Both the position numbers and the translations under genes were made by a program. A stretch of DNA of 63,400 nucleotides, the filler included, from Collodictyon triciliatum (Eukaryota): the NCBI GenBank assembly GCA_043381765.1. It is 8 parts of 8 records of this genome, joined end to end, with 100 filler letters (N's around TTAATTAATTAA, not from the genome) between each part and the next. Parts side by side here need not be neighbours in the genome. Positions count along the whole stretch, not along the records: positions 42,771 to 49,235 come from JBHJMP010002215.1; positions 49,336 to 55,091 come from JBHJMP010002216.1; 6 more parts are not named here. The stretch is one strand, 5' to 3'. Numbering within the stretch: the stretch's first letter is position 1; every line of letters begins with the position of its first letter. Shown here piece by piece: positions 43,285 through 55,037 of the stretch. A model generated the notes under the pieces. The model did not search any database and had not been told where the DNA came from. It worked only from the letters and a program-made list of their open reading frames with translations.

Positions 43285-44784
43285 ATGAAAGGGCTGGGCA
43301 AGGGCCGGACGGCATACGGGGAGGAGGCCGTGGAGCAGAAGCAGAGGAGGCTGGAGAGCAGCAGCCGGTTCGGGAGCTTTGTGGCGTGGGCGAACGGGGT
43401 GCTGGAGCGGAACGAGATCAAGTACCGGGTGGTGTCGCTGGTGGTGATGGCGGGGGTTGCGATTGCGCTTGCGATCTACAAGTACAACCTGTCTGTGGAG
43501 GACGAGCGGGAGGCTGCGCGGCTGTACTTTGGGTCGACGGTGCAGTCTGTGAGCAGCTCGCTGGACAACGAGCTCTCTGCGGCGGGGCTGTACCACCGGA
43601 TGCTGCTGAACCACGTGCTTGCGAACCAGCGGGTGCCGACGTTTGGGGAGTACGCGCGGTTCACGGACGCGGAGGTCTTCTGGAACATCACGCAGGTGCT
43701 GCGGGGCGAGGGCCTGGGGCTGCGGGTGACGCCGGAGACGCGGGGGGCGTTCGAGGCGCTGGGGCGGTCGGTGTACGGGGCCGGCTTCCGCGTGAGCGAG
43801 CGCAACGGCACGGGGGCGCTGGGGCCGGCGGCCAACCGGACGGAGCACATGTCGATCCTCTTCATCCAGCCGCTGGCCACCAACCGCGCAGCCGCCGGCT
43901 TCGACATCCTGAGCGAGCCGCGCAGGGCCGCCGCCATCCGCACGTCCCTGCGCACGGGCGCCATGGTCCCGTCCGACCGCGTCCAGCTGGTCCAGAGCAC
44001 GCGCCCCGAGTTCTCGAGCATCGTCATGGTCCCCTTCTACCGCCTGCCCGGCCGCATCCCGCCCCCGCCCCTGGATCCCGACCTGGGCGCCGACACGGGC
44101 GCCGACACGCTGGCCGCATATGCTGCCGCCCTGCGCGCCCGCGGCCTGCCCCTGACGCTGCCCCGCTACCTGGCCGCCCTCAACTCGGGCAACTACACGG
44201 CCCGCCCCCGGCCCGGCGCAGAGGTCCTGGGCGTGGTCAGCGCCGCGTGCGTCTACCAGGTCATCCTCGACAACGCCGTGCGCGGCATCGACCTCTTCAT
44301 GGTCGACGTGGTCCTCTACATGGCCGACGCACCCCCCGGCGCGCGCTACCTGGCCCACTGCTCCGGCCCCAGCGACTCGCCCGCCCACGCGCCCTACACC
44401 ATGGACCAGCTGCAGGCCTCCGCCCCGGGCGACCTCGCCGGCGACATTGTCGTCTCCCACGCCCTGCTCTTCGGCATCCGCCCCTACCGCCTCGACATCA
44501 TCGCCCGCACAGGCTACTTCACCGCAAAGACCACCGACGTCCCCGTCACCCTCTTTGTCGTCTCCCTCCTCGGCTCCGTCTTTGGCCAGGTCACCACCAT
44601 CGTTGCCGTCTGGTACATCTTCTACCAGCGCACCTTCCTGCGCTCCACCCCGGTGGTCCGCGTCCACGTCCGCCCCTGCGACGCAGACCCCCCGCCCCCC
44701 TCCGACAATCCAAGCAACCGGCCCCACGACTCCGCCGCCGGCGCAGCTGCTCCGGGGATGCCCATTGTCCGCGAGCTTGTCTGA
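43285..44784 (+). CDS. Two-TM CHASE-domain sensor protein without an output domain
   Basis: TM1 VVSLVVMAGVAIALAIY; CHASE-like core ILFIQPLATNRAAAGFDILSEPRRAAAIRTSLRTGAMVPSDRVQLVQ; TM2 VTLFVVSLLGSVFGQVTTIVAVWYIFY; ~50-aa Pro-rich tail. Confidence 0.8.
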   Translation: MKGLGKGRTAYGEEAVEQKQRRLESSSRFGSFVAWANGVLERNEIKYRVVSLVVMAGVAIALAIYKYNLSVEDEREAARLYFGSTVQSVSSSLDNELSAAGLYHRMLLNHVLANQRVPTFGEYARFTDAEVFWNITQVLRGEGLGLRVTPETRGAFEALGRSVYGAGFRVSERNGTGALGPAANRTEHMSILFIQPLATNRAAAGFDILSEPRRAAAIRTSLRTGAMVPSDRVQLVQSTRPEFSSIVMVPFYRLPGRIPPPPLDPDLGADTGADTLAAYAAALRARGLPLTLPRYLAALNSGNYTARPRPGAEVLGVVSAACVYQVILDNAVRGIDLFMVDVVLYMADAPPGARYLAHCSGPSDSPAHAPYTMDQLQASAPGDLAGDIVVSHALLFGIRPYRLDIIARTGYFTAKTTDVPVTLFVVSLLGSVFGQVTTIVAVWYIFYQRTFLRSTPVVRVHVRPCDADPPPPSDNPSNRPHDSAAGAAAPGMPIVRELV

Positions 44785-45380
44785 CCGACCCCCTCTGCCA
44801 TTCGCCTATCTACCCGCTTGCATCTATACACCCGGCAGATTCCTTTTTTTTCCTTTTTTTTCCTTTTTTTCTTTTTTTTTCCTTTTTTTTTCCTTTTTTT
44901 TCCTTTTTTTCTTTTCTTCTTGCTTGCTGAAATGCATGCTCATCGCCATGTAACCCATACCACGCTATGTCCTTTTGTTATTGTTATTTTTCTTTCTCTT
45001 CTTCTTGCCTCTCCTTTATAACTCCCCACTCTGCATCTCCTCCACCCACATACACCCCATCCCACAGATCTTGAACAGAATGAGATAGGACTTTGTTTCG
45101 GTCACCCACCCTGCGCACATCTCATAAACCACAATTGCTGGAGCCTTTGGACTTGCTTTTATCTCCTCACAACTTCTAGCGATCTACCTTGATCCACCGC
45201 CACGTCTTTTTTATCTTCATTCTCCTTTTTGCGGATATTGCCGCGATTATTATTACACGTGCGTGTGTATTTACGCAAGAGCGCATACAAGCAAAGCAAG
45301 GAACACGAGATCCAAGCCGCCACCTGACCTCACCCCGCCCCACCGATCACCGTTCACAGTACACACACACACCCAAGCGG

Positions 45381-46977
45381 ATGGCCGAGGAGGAGCTGCT
45401 GAGCCCGCGCGGGTCGGGGCTGACGTATGGGCCTGGAGAGGGCGAGAAGCACCGACGCGAGTCGTTCTTTGGATTTGCACGACGCGGGACGATCGGGAGC
45501 AGCAACAGCAGCAGCAGCAGCAGCAGCAGCGGGCCGGGGCGACGAGCAACGGTGGCGCAGGGAGGAGGGGGCGGAGGAGGGAGCGGGAGTGGGTCGCTGT
45601 CGCAGCCGCTGATCCCCGTGGACCCCGAGTTCTACGTGGAGATGAATCTGCTGGCGGTGCAGCTGCAGGGCGTGGTCGGGGCGGCCGGGGAGCGGGCGCT
45701 GAGCGCAGGGGACGTGCTGGGGCGTGCGCTGGAGTGGCTGCGGCAGCTGCGGCCCCACTTCACGGACGCGCAGAGCCGGGCGGTTGCGCACACGGTGCTG
45801 CAGAACGCGGTGTTGCGGATGCCCCCCGAAATCCCGCGCCGCCGCATCGACGCGTACCTCGCGCTCTACGCCGTCTACGCACGCGCCCACGCGCCCCTCG
45901 CAGAGCTGCGCGCAGCCACGCCGGACTCGGCCTTCGAGACGCCCGCCGCCGCCGCCCTCGTCTTCCGCGAAATCGCCGCGCTGCTCCCCGCCCCGGACGC
46001 CCCCGACGCCATCCCCGCCATCCCCGCCAAGGAGCAGCTCCCCTTCCTCGCCTTCCTGCTCAGGCACCGCTACACGCCGCATGACGCCCTGGCCGAGCAG
46101 ACCCGCCTCCAACGCAAGGTCCAGGCACACCTCGCCACGCAGCCCCCGCTCTCCCCACACCTGCTCCTCCATCGCCAGGGCTATCTCTTCAAGCGGGGCC
46201 ACGTCGTCAAGAACTGGAAGCGCCGCTGGTTCGTCGTCAATGCTGAGGCGGTCCTCTACTACGAGACCCAGACAGCCTCAGACCCCAAGGGCTCCTTCCC
46301 TGCCGCAGATATCCTCGAGATTGTCCTGCCACGAGACGATGAGGTGCGCCCGACATTCCCTCTCTTTAATATACCCATAGCAGTATCTCTCTTCCTTCTC
46401 TTCTTTTTCTCCTTTTTCTTCTTCTTTTTTCTTCTTTTTCCTCTTTTTCCTCTTTTTCCTCTTTTCCCTCTTTTCCCTCTTTTCCCTCTTTTCCCTCTTT
46501 TTCTTCTTTTTCTTCTTTTATCTTTATATCATTTTGTCCATCTTCGTTTCAATGGGTTCACAATTCCCTTCGTACACGTATTTATTTTGGCTCGGTCGCG
46601 GGTAACTTCTCCTTACCCACCACAATCCGCGCCATGGTGAATGTGTGAACGTGCTTTCTCTTTTGTTTTTACAGTATCCTGTGATATTCATATTGTTTTA
46701 TTCCATTCTTGATGTGTCGGATGCTCTCATCTGGACTTCCTTCATCTATCGATTCTTTAGCTTTTATTCCTCTTCAAGAACATCCATACCTATCTTATCT
46801 TATTCTACTTGCCTTCATATCGCTCTCTAGTTTGGAAAGCCTTTCTGTATTCAGTTGGTCTTGTCAAACAAGACATTCTACGTCCTCCAGTGCCAGAGCT
46901 ATGCAGAACTTAAAAGCTGGATTGACACACTTTATCAAATATTGGCAAACATCCAATCATCCGGTGCAACCAATTAA
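45381..46977 (+). CDS. PH-domain protein
   Basis: Exon 1 to ~46343 (QGYLFKRGHVVKNWKRRWFVV...LYYE...PKGSF). Exon 2 from 46831 (FGKPFCIQLV...FYVLQCQSYAELKSWIDTL...TAA). Confidence 0.88.
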
Positions 46978-47308
46978 CTCAAACAAAATCGGTATATTCA
47001 CTCATATCTACCACACACCAAACACACACAAAAAGAAAGAAGAAAAAAGAAAAAGGTTCCAGTTGCTGTAACACCCTGCATCTTCTCTATATAAACCTTC
47101 TTTTTTTTTTCAGCACCAATTCGTACTCGTTTTTCGGACAAGAAAGGGCAAAAGAAAAATAAAAGAAAATCAGCAAAAAGATAGAAAAATAATAGTAAAA
47201 TAAAATAATGACATGGATAAGTAAAGAAAGAACATCTCATCATATGAGGCTTGAGGTGTCTGGTATCTTTCTGCGCGCATACCCAATTATCAGTGTGATT
47301 GCAGTGTA

Positions 47309-49020
47309 CTATTCCGATGGCAGAAACTGCTTGTTAAATATAGTTGCCATCGCGCGGAAAATCATGTCCCTAGCATTACCCCAAATCCTTCGCACAGAGA
47401 GAGGGAACCAAATCGTGGTGTAATGATTCGAGTCCCCATCCGCACAATGTCCACAGGCCCTGTCTACAAAAGCATCGAAACTAAGGTAAGGCTCGTCCTC
47501 CCCAAACCGCACTAATAAAACCCAAGAAGAGAAATAAAAACTAAAAAAGAAAAAGAAAGCCGCAAACTTGGGGCAATTACATCAAACCCACCGCTCCCGT
47601 GGCTCTGATCGAACCCGAAAAAGTTTGTCTTTCAATTCTCCCACGAAACTAAACCTTTGCCCGCTATCGCATCTCCAACAAAGCTGGCTGCAGCACTGAA
47701 CCCTCACCGCCTTTTGATCGAGGACGAGTCNNNNNNNNNNNNNNNNNNNNNNNNNNNNNNNNNNNNNNNNNNNNNNNNNNNNNNNNNNNNNNNNNNNNNN
47801 NNNNNNNNNNNNNNNNNNNNNNNNNNNNNNNNNNNNNNNNNNNNNNNNNNNNNNNNNNNNNNNNNNNNNNNNNNNNNNNNNNNNNNNNNNNNNNNNNNNN
47901 NNNNNNNNNNNNNNNNNNNNNNNNNNNNNNNNNNNNNNNNNNNNNNNNNNNNNNNNNNNNNNNNNNNNNNNNNNNNNNNNNNNNNNNNNNNNNNNNNNNN
48001 NNNNNNNNNNNNNNNNNNNNNNNNNNNNNNNNNNNNNNNNNNNNNNNNNNNNNNNNNNNNNNNNNNNNNNNNNNNNNNNNNNNNNNNNNNNNNNNNNNNN
48101 NNNNNNNNNNNNNNNNNNNNNNNNNNNNNNNNNNNNNNNNNNNNNNNNNNNNNNNNNNNNNNNNNNNNNNNNNNNNNNNNGCTTTTCCTCGCCATGGTGT
48201 CCATATCCTACTTCTGACTCACTAGAACCGGATTTCACGTCATCGCTTGGTTCATGAAATCCTTGACCATGAACTGAAGAATTCGATCCATGCACTCAAC
48301 CTGACGCTTCGCTCAAAGCAAGAAGAGGCTGTTTAAGCATGTTGAAGATAAAAGTCTATTGTTCCAGATTTTCAGAGTCCCATGAAAAAAAACTTTTCGT
48401 GCATACTGATATAAAGAGATGCAGATTGTCCTTTCTATTGTATTTGATTCTGACTGTATTGAAAGCTGGATAATACAAACAAGAAATCATATATGTATCC
48501 ATCTTCGGCGATGGTAGTTGGTCATTTGGAAATCGGATAAAGAAAAGAAAACAAGATATTTTTATTTGTTCCTGTGATAGTCGGTGTCACAAAGATGTGA
48601 ACGACGGGTGTTGTGCTTCTTGAGAGGCTTGCAAAGGGAGATTAGAGAATCCTCTGACTGGAACATGCAAACGTGGTGAAGGCCCAGGAACGCTTCGATG
48701 GTCTTTGGACATTACTTCCCACCGTCTCGAGGTTTGGCATTGGCAGAAAAAGAATGCGCCGTCTGTGCAATTCCATATGCTAGAAGCAGCGCACCCAGAG
48801 CACAGCCCCACGCATAGCCTGTAAGCTTAGCGTTTGCCTTGTAGTATCGGTTCACTGCGGTGGATGTCTGCTCTACAGTTTTTAATGATGATTCGTGCTT
48901 GGGCTCCATTTTCCTTTTCTCTGTCTACTTTTGATTCGAGCTCCTGTAATAAGCTTCCCTTGTCCTCGCGTGCGCTCGCTCTCGCTCTTCCTCTGTTTCC
49001 GGCCTGTTTCTCAAGCAAGA
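47309..49020 (-). CDS. Possible multi-exon hypothetical gene interrupted by an N gap
   Basis: Several open, acceptor-preceded segments (e.g. ORF 47309..47512). No domain recognised. Confidence 0.3.
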
Positions 49021-49488
49021 GTTATTTGGTGTTTGTGAGTCTTGAAAAAAACAAAAAAAAAACCTCCTAAAAACATAGAAATACAATAAAATAACGATGA
49101 CGAGGCAACTTGAACCTTCGGGGTTATCCGAAAAAATTGGAACGAACAATGGCGCAATAAACACAAAAAAACACAAAAAAACACAAAAAAACACAAAAAA
49201 ACACAAAAAAACACAAAAAAACACAAAAAAACAAANNNNNNNNNNNNNNNNNNNNNNNNNNNNNNNNNNNNNNNNNNNNTTAATTAATTAANNNNNNNNN
49301 NNNNNNNNNNNNNNNNNNNNNNNNNNNNNNNNNNNTTTGGTTTTTTTGGTTTTTTTTGGGATTTTTGGTTTTTATTACCTGAGTCCAAAAAAAAAAGTCG
49401 ATTGCGTTAAGAATTGTAATTTTGTTGGTGTAGCGGACTTTACAGAGGACAAATCAAGGTTAAAACATAATTAAATATACATAATACC

Positions 49489-50197
49489 TTGGGTAATTCA
49501 TGCGCTTCAAGTGAATGAACGCGTGGCTCCAATATCGGGGTGATGTAAAGAAAGAGTAAACGAGACCACCAAGGGGATTCTGTTTCAGGGGTGAATGCCT
49601 GGTCTATGCGGCTGTGGGAGTGCCTTTGTTGCAGCATTCCTATGGGTTATATCCCCCAAAAAAAGATTAAAAAAAAAACTAGGGTCTCGACTTGTTTGTG
49701 ACTTGCTGGTATCTTAATTGAATTTTGCTTGGGGTTTGGAGGGGTTTGTGGCCTGGGCTGCATGCAATGCGAAAATACAGGCCCGGGCAGCGCGACTGGT
49801 TCATTCCCAAATGCCGCACACGAAAGGGTGTGCGCTGATTTTCTGGCAAGCCAATTTTTGAGATCATCTGATCGAGCGGAGGCAAAAAATACAAAGTCAG
49901 AAATTCATTTGTGGTGTATTCAAATATGGAATTTATATCATGTAATATTTCTTGCAATATTGTCGCCCACAATAAAGATATCAGATGTTACACACATATT
50001 CTTTATGCATTTTTGTGCGGTAGAAAAGGTTCACGGCGACAAAGATAACAAGCTCCGACTCGAATCATTCAATGAAGCAGTACTTTGTGATGAAGTTCGT
50101 AATGACGGTTCTCTGCAGCCCATTTATAAAGTTGACTTTGGGCGATGCCGTTCTGTGGAATTCTGTGTGATTTGGCAGTTTGCTCGGGGTGGGACAT
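49489..50197 (-). CDS. 5' part of a probable ABCC/MRP-type ABC transporter, truncated by the scaffold end
   Basis: Exon TPETESPWWSRLLFLYITPILEPRVHSLEAHELPK resembles the ABCC lasso/L0 motif (P...A...S.L.F.W..PL......L...DL). Upstream exons are plausible and the start is uncertain. Confidence 0.5.
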
Positions 50198-50480
50198 TGT
50201 GGAGGATGCGTGGTTGTTGGGTCGGCAGCACCGATCTCTGAACGCACAAAACACTGCGGCTGCTTCGGTGTTGGGGTATAAAGAGCCAAACACTGTTGTT
50301 GTGCTACGATTGTTCTTCTCTCTGGAAAACACACAGTCTCCTGCAGACATCATCGGACGCGAAGATCATTCGGCGACGCGGAGGGTTCTGTGCTGAAGAA
50401 AGAATCGGCACTCGTCCCGCAACTTCCCAGTTATTTCTTCTTGACTAATCATCAAACAATCCACTTGAGGAAGACAGAGA

Positions 50481-53400
50481 ATGGCCACACCCGCTTCTTC
50501 CGCCCCGGAAAAGAAGTTTAACCCGTCCGACTACACAGTGGTTTGTTGCTGTGCACGACTTCTTTCCTTTTTTTTNNNNNNNNNNNNNNNNNNNNNNNNN
50601 NNNNNNNNNNNNNNNNNNNNNNNNNNNNNNNNNNNNNNNNNNNNNNNNNNNNNNNNNNNNNNNNNNNNNNNNNNNNNNNNNNNNNNNNNNNNNNNNNNNN
50701 NNNNNNNNNNNNNNNNNNNNNNNNNNNNNNNNNNNNNNNNNNNNNNNNNNNNNNNNNNNNNNNNNNNNNNNNNNNNNNNNNNNNNNNNNNNNNNNNNNTC
50801 TCTCTTTCTTGCGCACGGGCGCGCTTCTTCAAGAGCATAAGCCGTACTGAAAGAGGATGCCTCATTCTTCTACAGGGTCAAAGACTATGGTTCCCCGATC
50901 CTGCCCATGGATGGTTAAACGGCAGTGTCACTCGCGTAGAGCAGAGCTGTGTTTCTGTGCGTGCGACTGACAACCTTGTCTACCTCATTCAGTGAGCCAT
51001 TCAACACACCATCTTTTTTCTTTTTCTTCTTTCTATGAGTACTACACAACGGGCGATCAACTCTTGACTGTGATACTCCTGCTTTATTACGCTTGTCGAA
51101 AGTGAAGTCTAATGAGCTGATAATGTGCACAGACCAACACCCAAAGGCTTGGCGGTGCGCCTCGAAGAAGGACGAGTTAGTATTTGTATTCTCATATTTG
51201 TTCATAGGTGTGAGAAATCCTTTGTATGCACAGGCTTTCACTAATATTCTCTTTTAGAAAGTTTATAACCCTGAGACACACGAGCTGCTCTCCGAGTTTG
51301 TCTCTATTCACCTATCCAACAAAAGGGCTATACATTCGTATCCCAAATACCAAATATACATATTGTAAACAGCTATTATCTTGTCCTGTGAATACTCAAC
51401 ATTTTTATATTGGCAGCACGGCATCTGACCACTCTAATCCTGATAATCTGATCGACCTCGTGGACTTACATGAAGCGTCTATCCTAAAATGCGTGAAAGA
51501 ACGCTTCAGGAAGGATCAGATTTATGTAAGTTGTCTTTCGTTGCCCTTATTTCCATGATATCAGCATGTGAGCTATTTTCTTTTATCGTATACACAAAGC
51601 CACATTCAGTTCAGTGAGAAATGTGTGTTAACAACTCCTTTTTTTTTAAAAAAATAAAATAAATAAAAACTGTCTGGCTGCCTACCACTGAATTTGCCTT
51701 GATTCAAATTACTTAGACAAATGTTGGATCGGTAATACGAAATATCTTCTTTTTTTTCTTTCATAATCATCTCATAATACAAACCCCTGTCTGCCCTAAT
51801 ATCCACCGTACGAGAAAAACTCGTTTTGATTGTTATATTTGATTATTATTTTTTTGCATCCACCGATGACTTAATTAAATGATTAAATGTGAACTATTAG
51901 ATTCTTATCGCTGTAAACCCCTACAAGAAAATTGATGGAGTATACTCTGAAGAGAAACACAAAGAATATCGCAACTCCTTTGACAAAGGTCTTCCTCCAC
52001 ATGTGTTTAACGTAGCTGAAGGTGCATTCAGAAACATTCTCCCGAATGCCATGTCTGGTAAGCCCAGAGCCCTTACTACTGCTTCTTGTTTCTAGATATT
52101 CAAACAGGAAAATCTCAAAATTGTAGATATGAACTCTCATTGGTTGCATAGCAAAACTAAAGAATTTAATAAAAAAAATTTTTTTTGTTAACTAAGTTCA
52201 TTATCAATATTGATCTAGGTGATGTAAGCCAGGCAATCATAGTCAGGTTTAAATTGATTTAGTTTATCCCATGAAGGAAGCACGTGATTTAGTGTATACG
52301 GAGAACCGAGCACTATTACTAACTTAATACTATAAAGCGGCGAAAGCGGTGCCGGTAAGACAGAATCATGCAAATACATCCTCGCTCACATCGGAAAATC
52401 CTCTAGTGGAGGCAACGTACGTCTACCCCCGAACTTCCCATATTAGTGGAAATATATATGAGTCTGATTTCATTAAATGTAGATGAGCGAAATCACAAAC
52501 AGAGTACTGAAGTCAGGTTTACTTTTGGAAGCCTTTGGTAATGCAAAAACCTTGCTTAATGATAATTCAAGTCGTTTTGGAAAGGTAAATATTTGTACTC
52601 ATCAATACATTTAAAATTTTAGTTGAATGATGTAAACACCTCTATGTTGCATGAACTACTGCTTATCACTTTGCAATGATTTCACTCTCATTTAGTTCAT
52701 GAAAGTACGATTCAATGAAGCACGCGAGGTCGCGGGAGTAGAAATTAAAACATGTATAAAGCACCCCAATATCATTTTTGTGTACATACTCCGTTTGCTA
52801 TCCAACTTATTAATTAAAACTTCTATCGCATCAGTTGAAACGTAGTCACTAACACTAACATTTTCTTGTTTGCATTCTCTTCTTTCTTTCTGTTCTCTTT
52901 ATTGAATTCAACGTTTGTATTTATCTCCTATTTCCTTAGATCTCTTGGAAAAGGTTTGCTTTTCGCTGCCTTTTGTTCATATTATTAAGGGAAAAAAAGA
53001 AATACATTTCATATAAATTGAAGTTCTTAGTACCGAATCACGTGATAAATTATGTCCCCATTAATAGTCGCGTGTCACAAAAAGATGTCGTGGAGATCGG
53101 AGCTTCCATATATTCTATCAATTGTGTGAGGCACCGGAATCGTTGAGAGGTTTGTTTATCATGTTTTTTTTTTTTGTCCTAAATCTCAGAAGTCAATTAA
53201 TTAGATGCGCCTTATTTTTCAATGAACTAAACCAATTTCGTGGAATAGTCAAATATCATCTCAAATCAGCTGAATCATACCTCTATCTGACGAGCTCTGA
53301 AGTGCTAACTGTGGATGACCTCAGCGATGAATCTGCCTTCCAAACTACGATGGTATTCCATGAATTGCGTACTTTGATTAATTTGTTTATTTCATAATCA

Positions 53401-55002
53401 GCTCAGCCCATTTTCAAGTTGGTTATGGTTGCTCTTTGCGTCAGCCGTTGGTTTTTTTAAGACTGTAGTAGTCTGCAAACCTTAAGTAAGAATACATATC
53501 GTAATTGCTATTTACAATTCGACAGGACGCCATGAACTCAATGGGCATCCTGGAGTCTGAGCAGAATGACATTTGGAAAATCCTAGCCGCCATACTGCAC
53601 TTAGGAAATGTCCGGTTCACACAGAGCCAAGGTGGATTCGCTACTTTAGACCTGGGTATGTCATTCCTACAAAATGCACGACATATTAAGAATATGTCTG
53701 CATTAGAATATGTTTTTTTTTTTTTTTGCTTCCATAGGATGCAATAGTAATACATTATTATGTACTTTCGAAAAGGCGCTTCTGGTGCATCAACCCAGGA
53801 ACCAATCAGGTATTTCATGAATATATTTATGTGTGTCTCTTATCCAATTTTTTTATTGACAAATCATAATTTTTATGAATTTTAGATACGCTTCGACTCT
53901 GCTCGGAATAAAGGAAGATAAGCTCATATACTCTGTGAGAATTTGTGTTAATAGCTACTTCCAACACAGCAAAAGGATTATTTATTTATTATTATGATGA
54001 TTTATTGTTGCCTAATATCAGAAACGCATAATCCTATTAGATTCGTTATCAAGAAGATACACAATTATTAAATTAAAATGATCATATCTAGCTAACGTAT
54101 TCATACATCTTCGTGGAAGGGGAATATAAAAAGAAAAATCTGACAATGAATGAGGTTGAAACCTTTGGTCTATCTTCCCTTACAAAATTAACTGTACAAC
54201 TATTGCAAATATATCTGCTGCAAGTTCCCTTTAATTTTTTTTTTTTTTTAGTAGTAACGAAGGAATGCCCATGTTCACTGGTGTCTTTTCACTTTTCCTG
54301 TAATATGAAGAAAATGTTTGTCTGATTTCTCAATTTAAAAAGGGGTTTAATTGTCTCATAGGCACACGAGTCCAGAGATGCCATCTGCAAATTTCTATAC
54401 TCATCGGCCTTTGATTGGATTGTGCTCAAGATCAACAACAAACTTGTCCCATCCACTACGCGAATAATTCCAACATTCATCGGGCTGTTAGTTTCTCGAT
54501 TTTTTTTTTCCTTTATTCGATTCATCGGATTGTTAGTTTCTCGATAATTTTTCTCGTGCTTCATTTGGTGATTCGTTGGTATATAAGGAAAAAAATCTTA
54601 GAAAACTCACATTATCTTTTTGCTTCGTGAATTAAGGCTTGACATTTTTGGCTTCGAAACGTTTGAAGTATATATATAATTATATTTACACAAAGGCATT
54701 ATTGCTTTATAGTATTATAGTTTAACTTCTAAAGGGAAGAATAAAAGCGAATGTCACTAAAGCTTATTCATTTGCTATAGAATAATAGCCTGGAGCAGCT
54801 TTTCATCAATTACACAAACGAAATGATTCAGTCCGTTTTCAACAAGCATATTTTCATTGAAGTCAAACGAGAGTATGAGGAGGAAGATATCGAATGGATT
54901 GATGTGCGATTCTTTATGAAAAGAAAAACATAACACTGCAATCATAATTATGAAGACCCATTTATACCACCAATCAAATAACGCTGTTTATCTCACATGG
55001 TT

Positions 55003-55037
<35 letters not shown>

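Noticed and set aside
48525-48552. TTTGGAAATCGGATAAAGAAAAGAAAA as a degenerate family copy
   Set aside because: Several mismatches and no flanking direct repeat.
53902-53918. TCGGAATAAAGGAAG resembling the mini-retroposon
   Set aside because: It is myosin coding sequence (LGIKED), with no A-tail or TSD.
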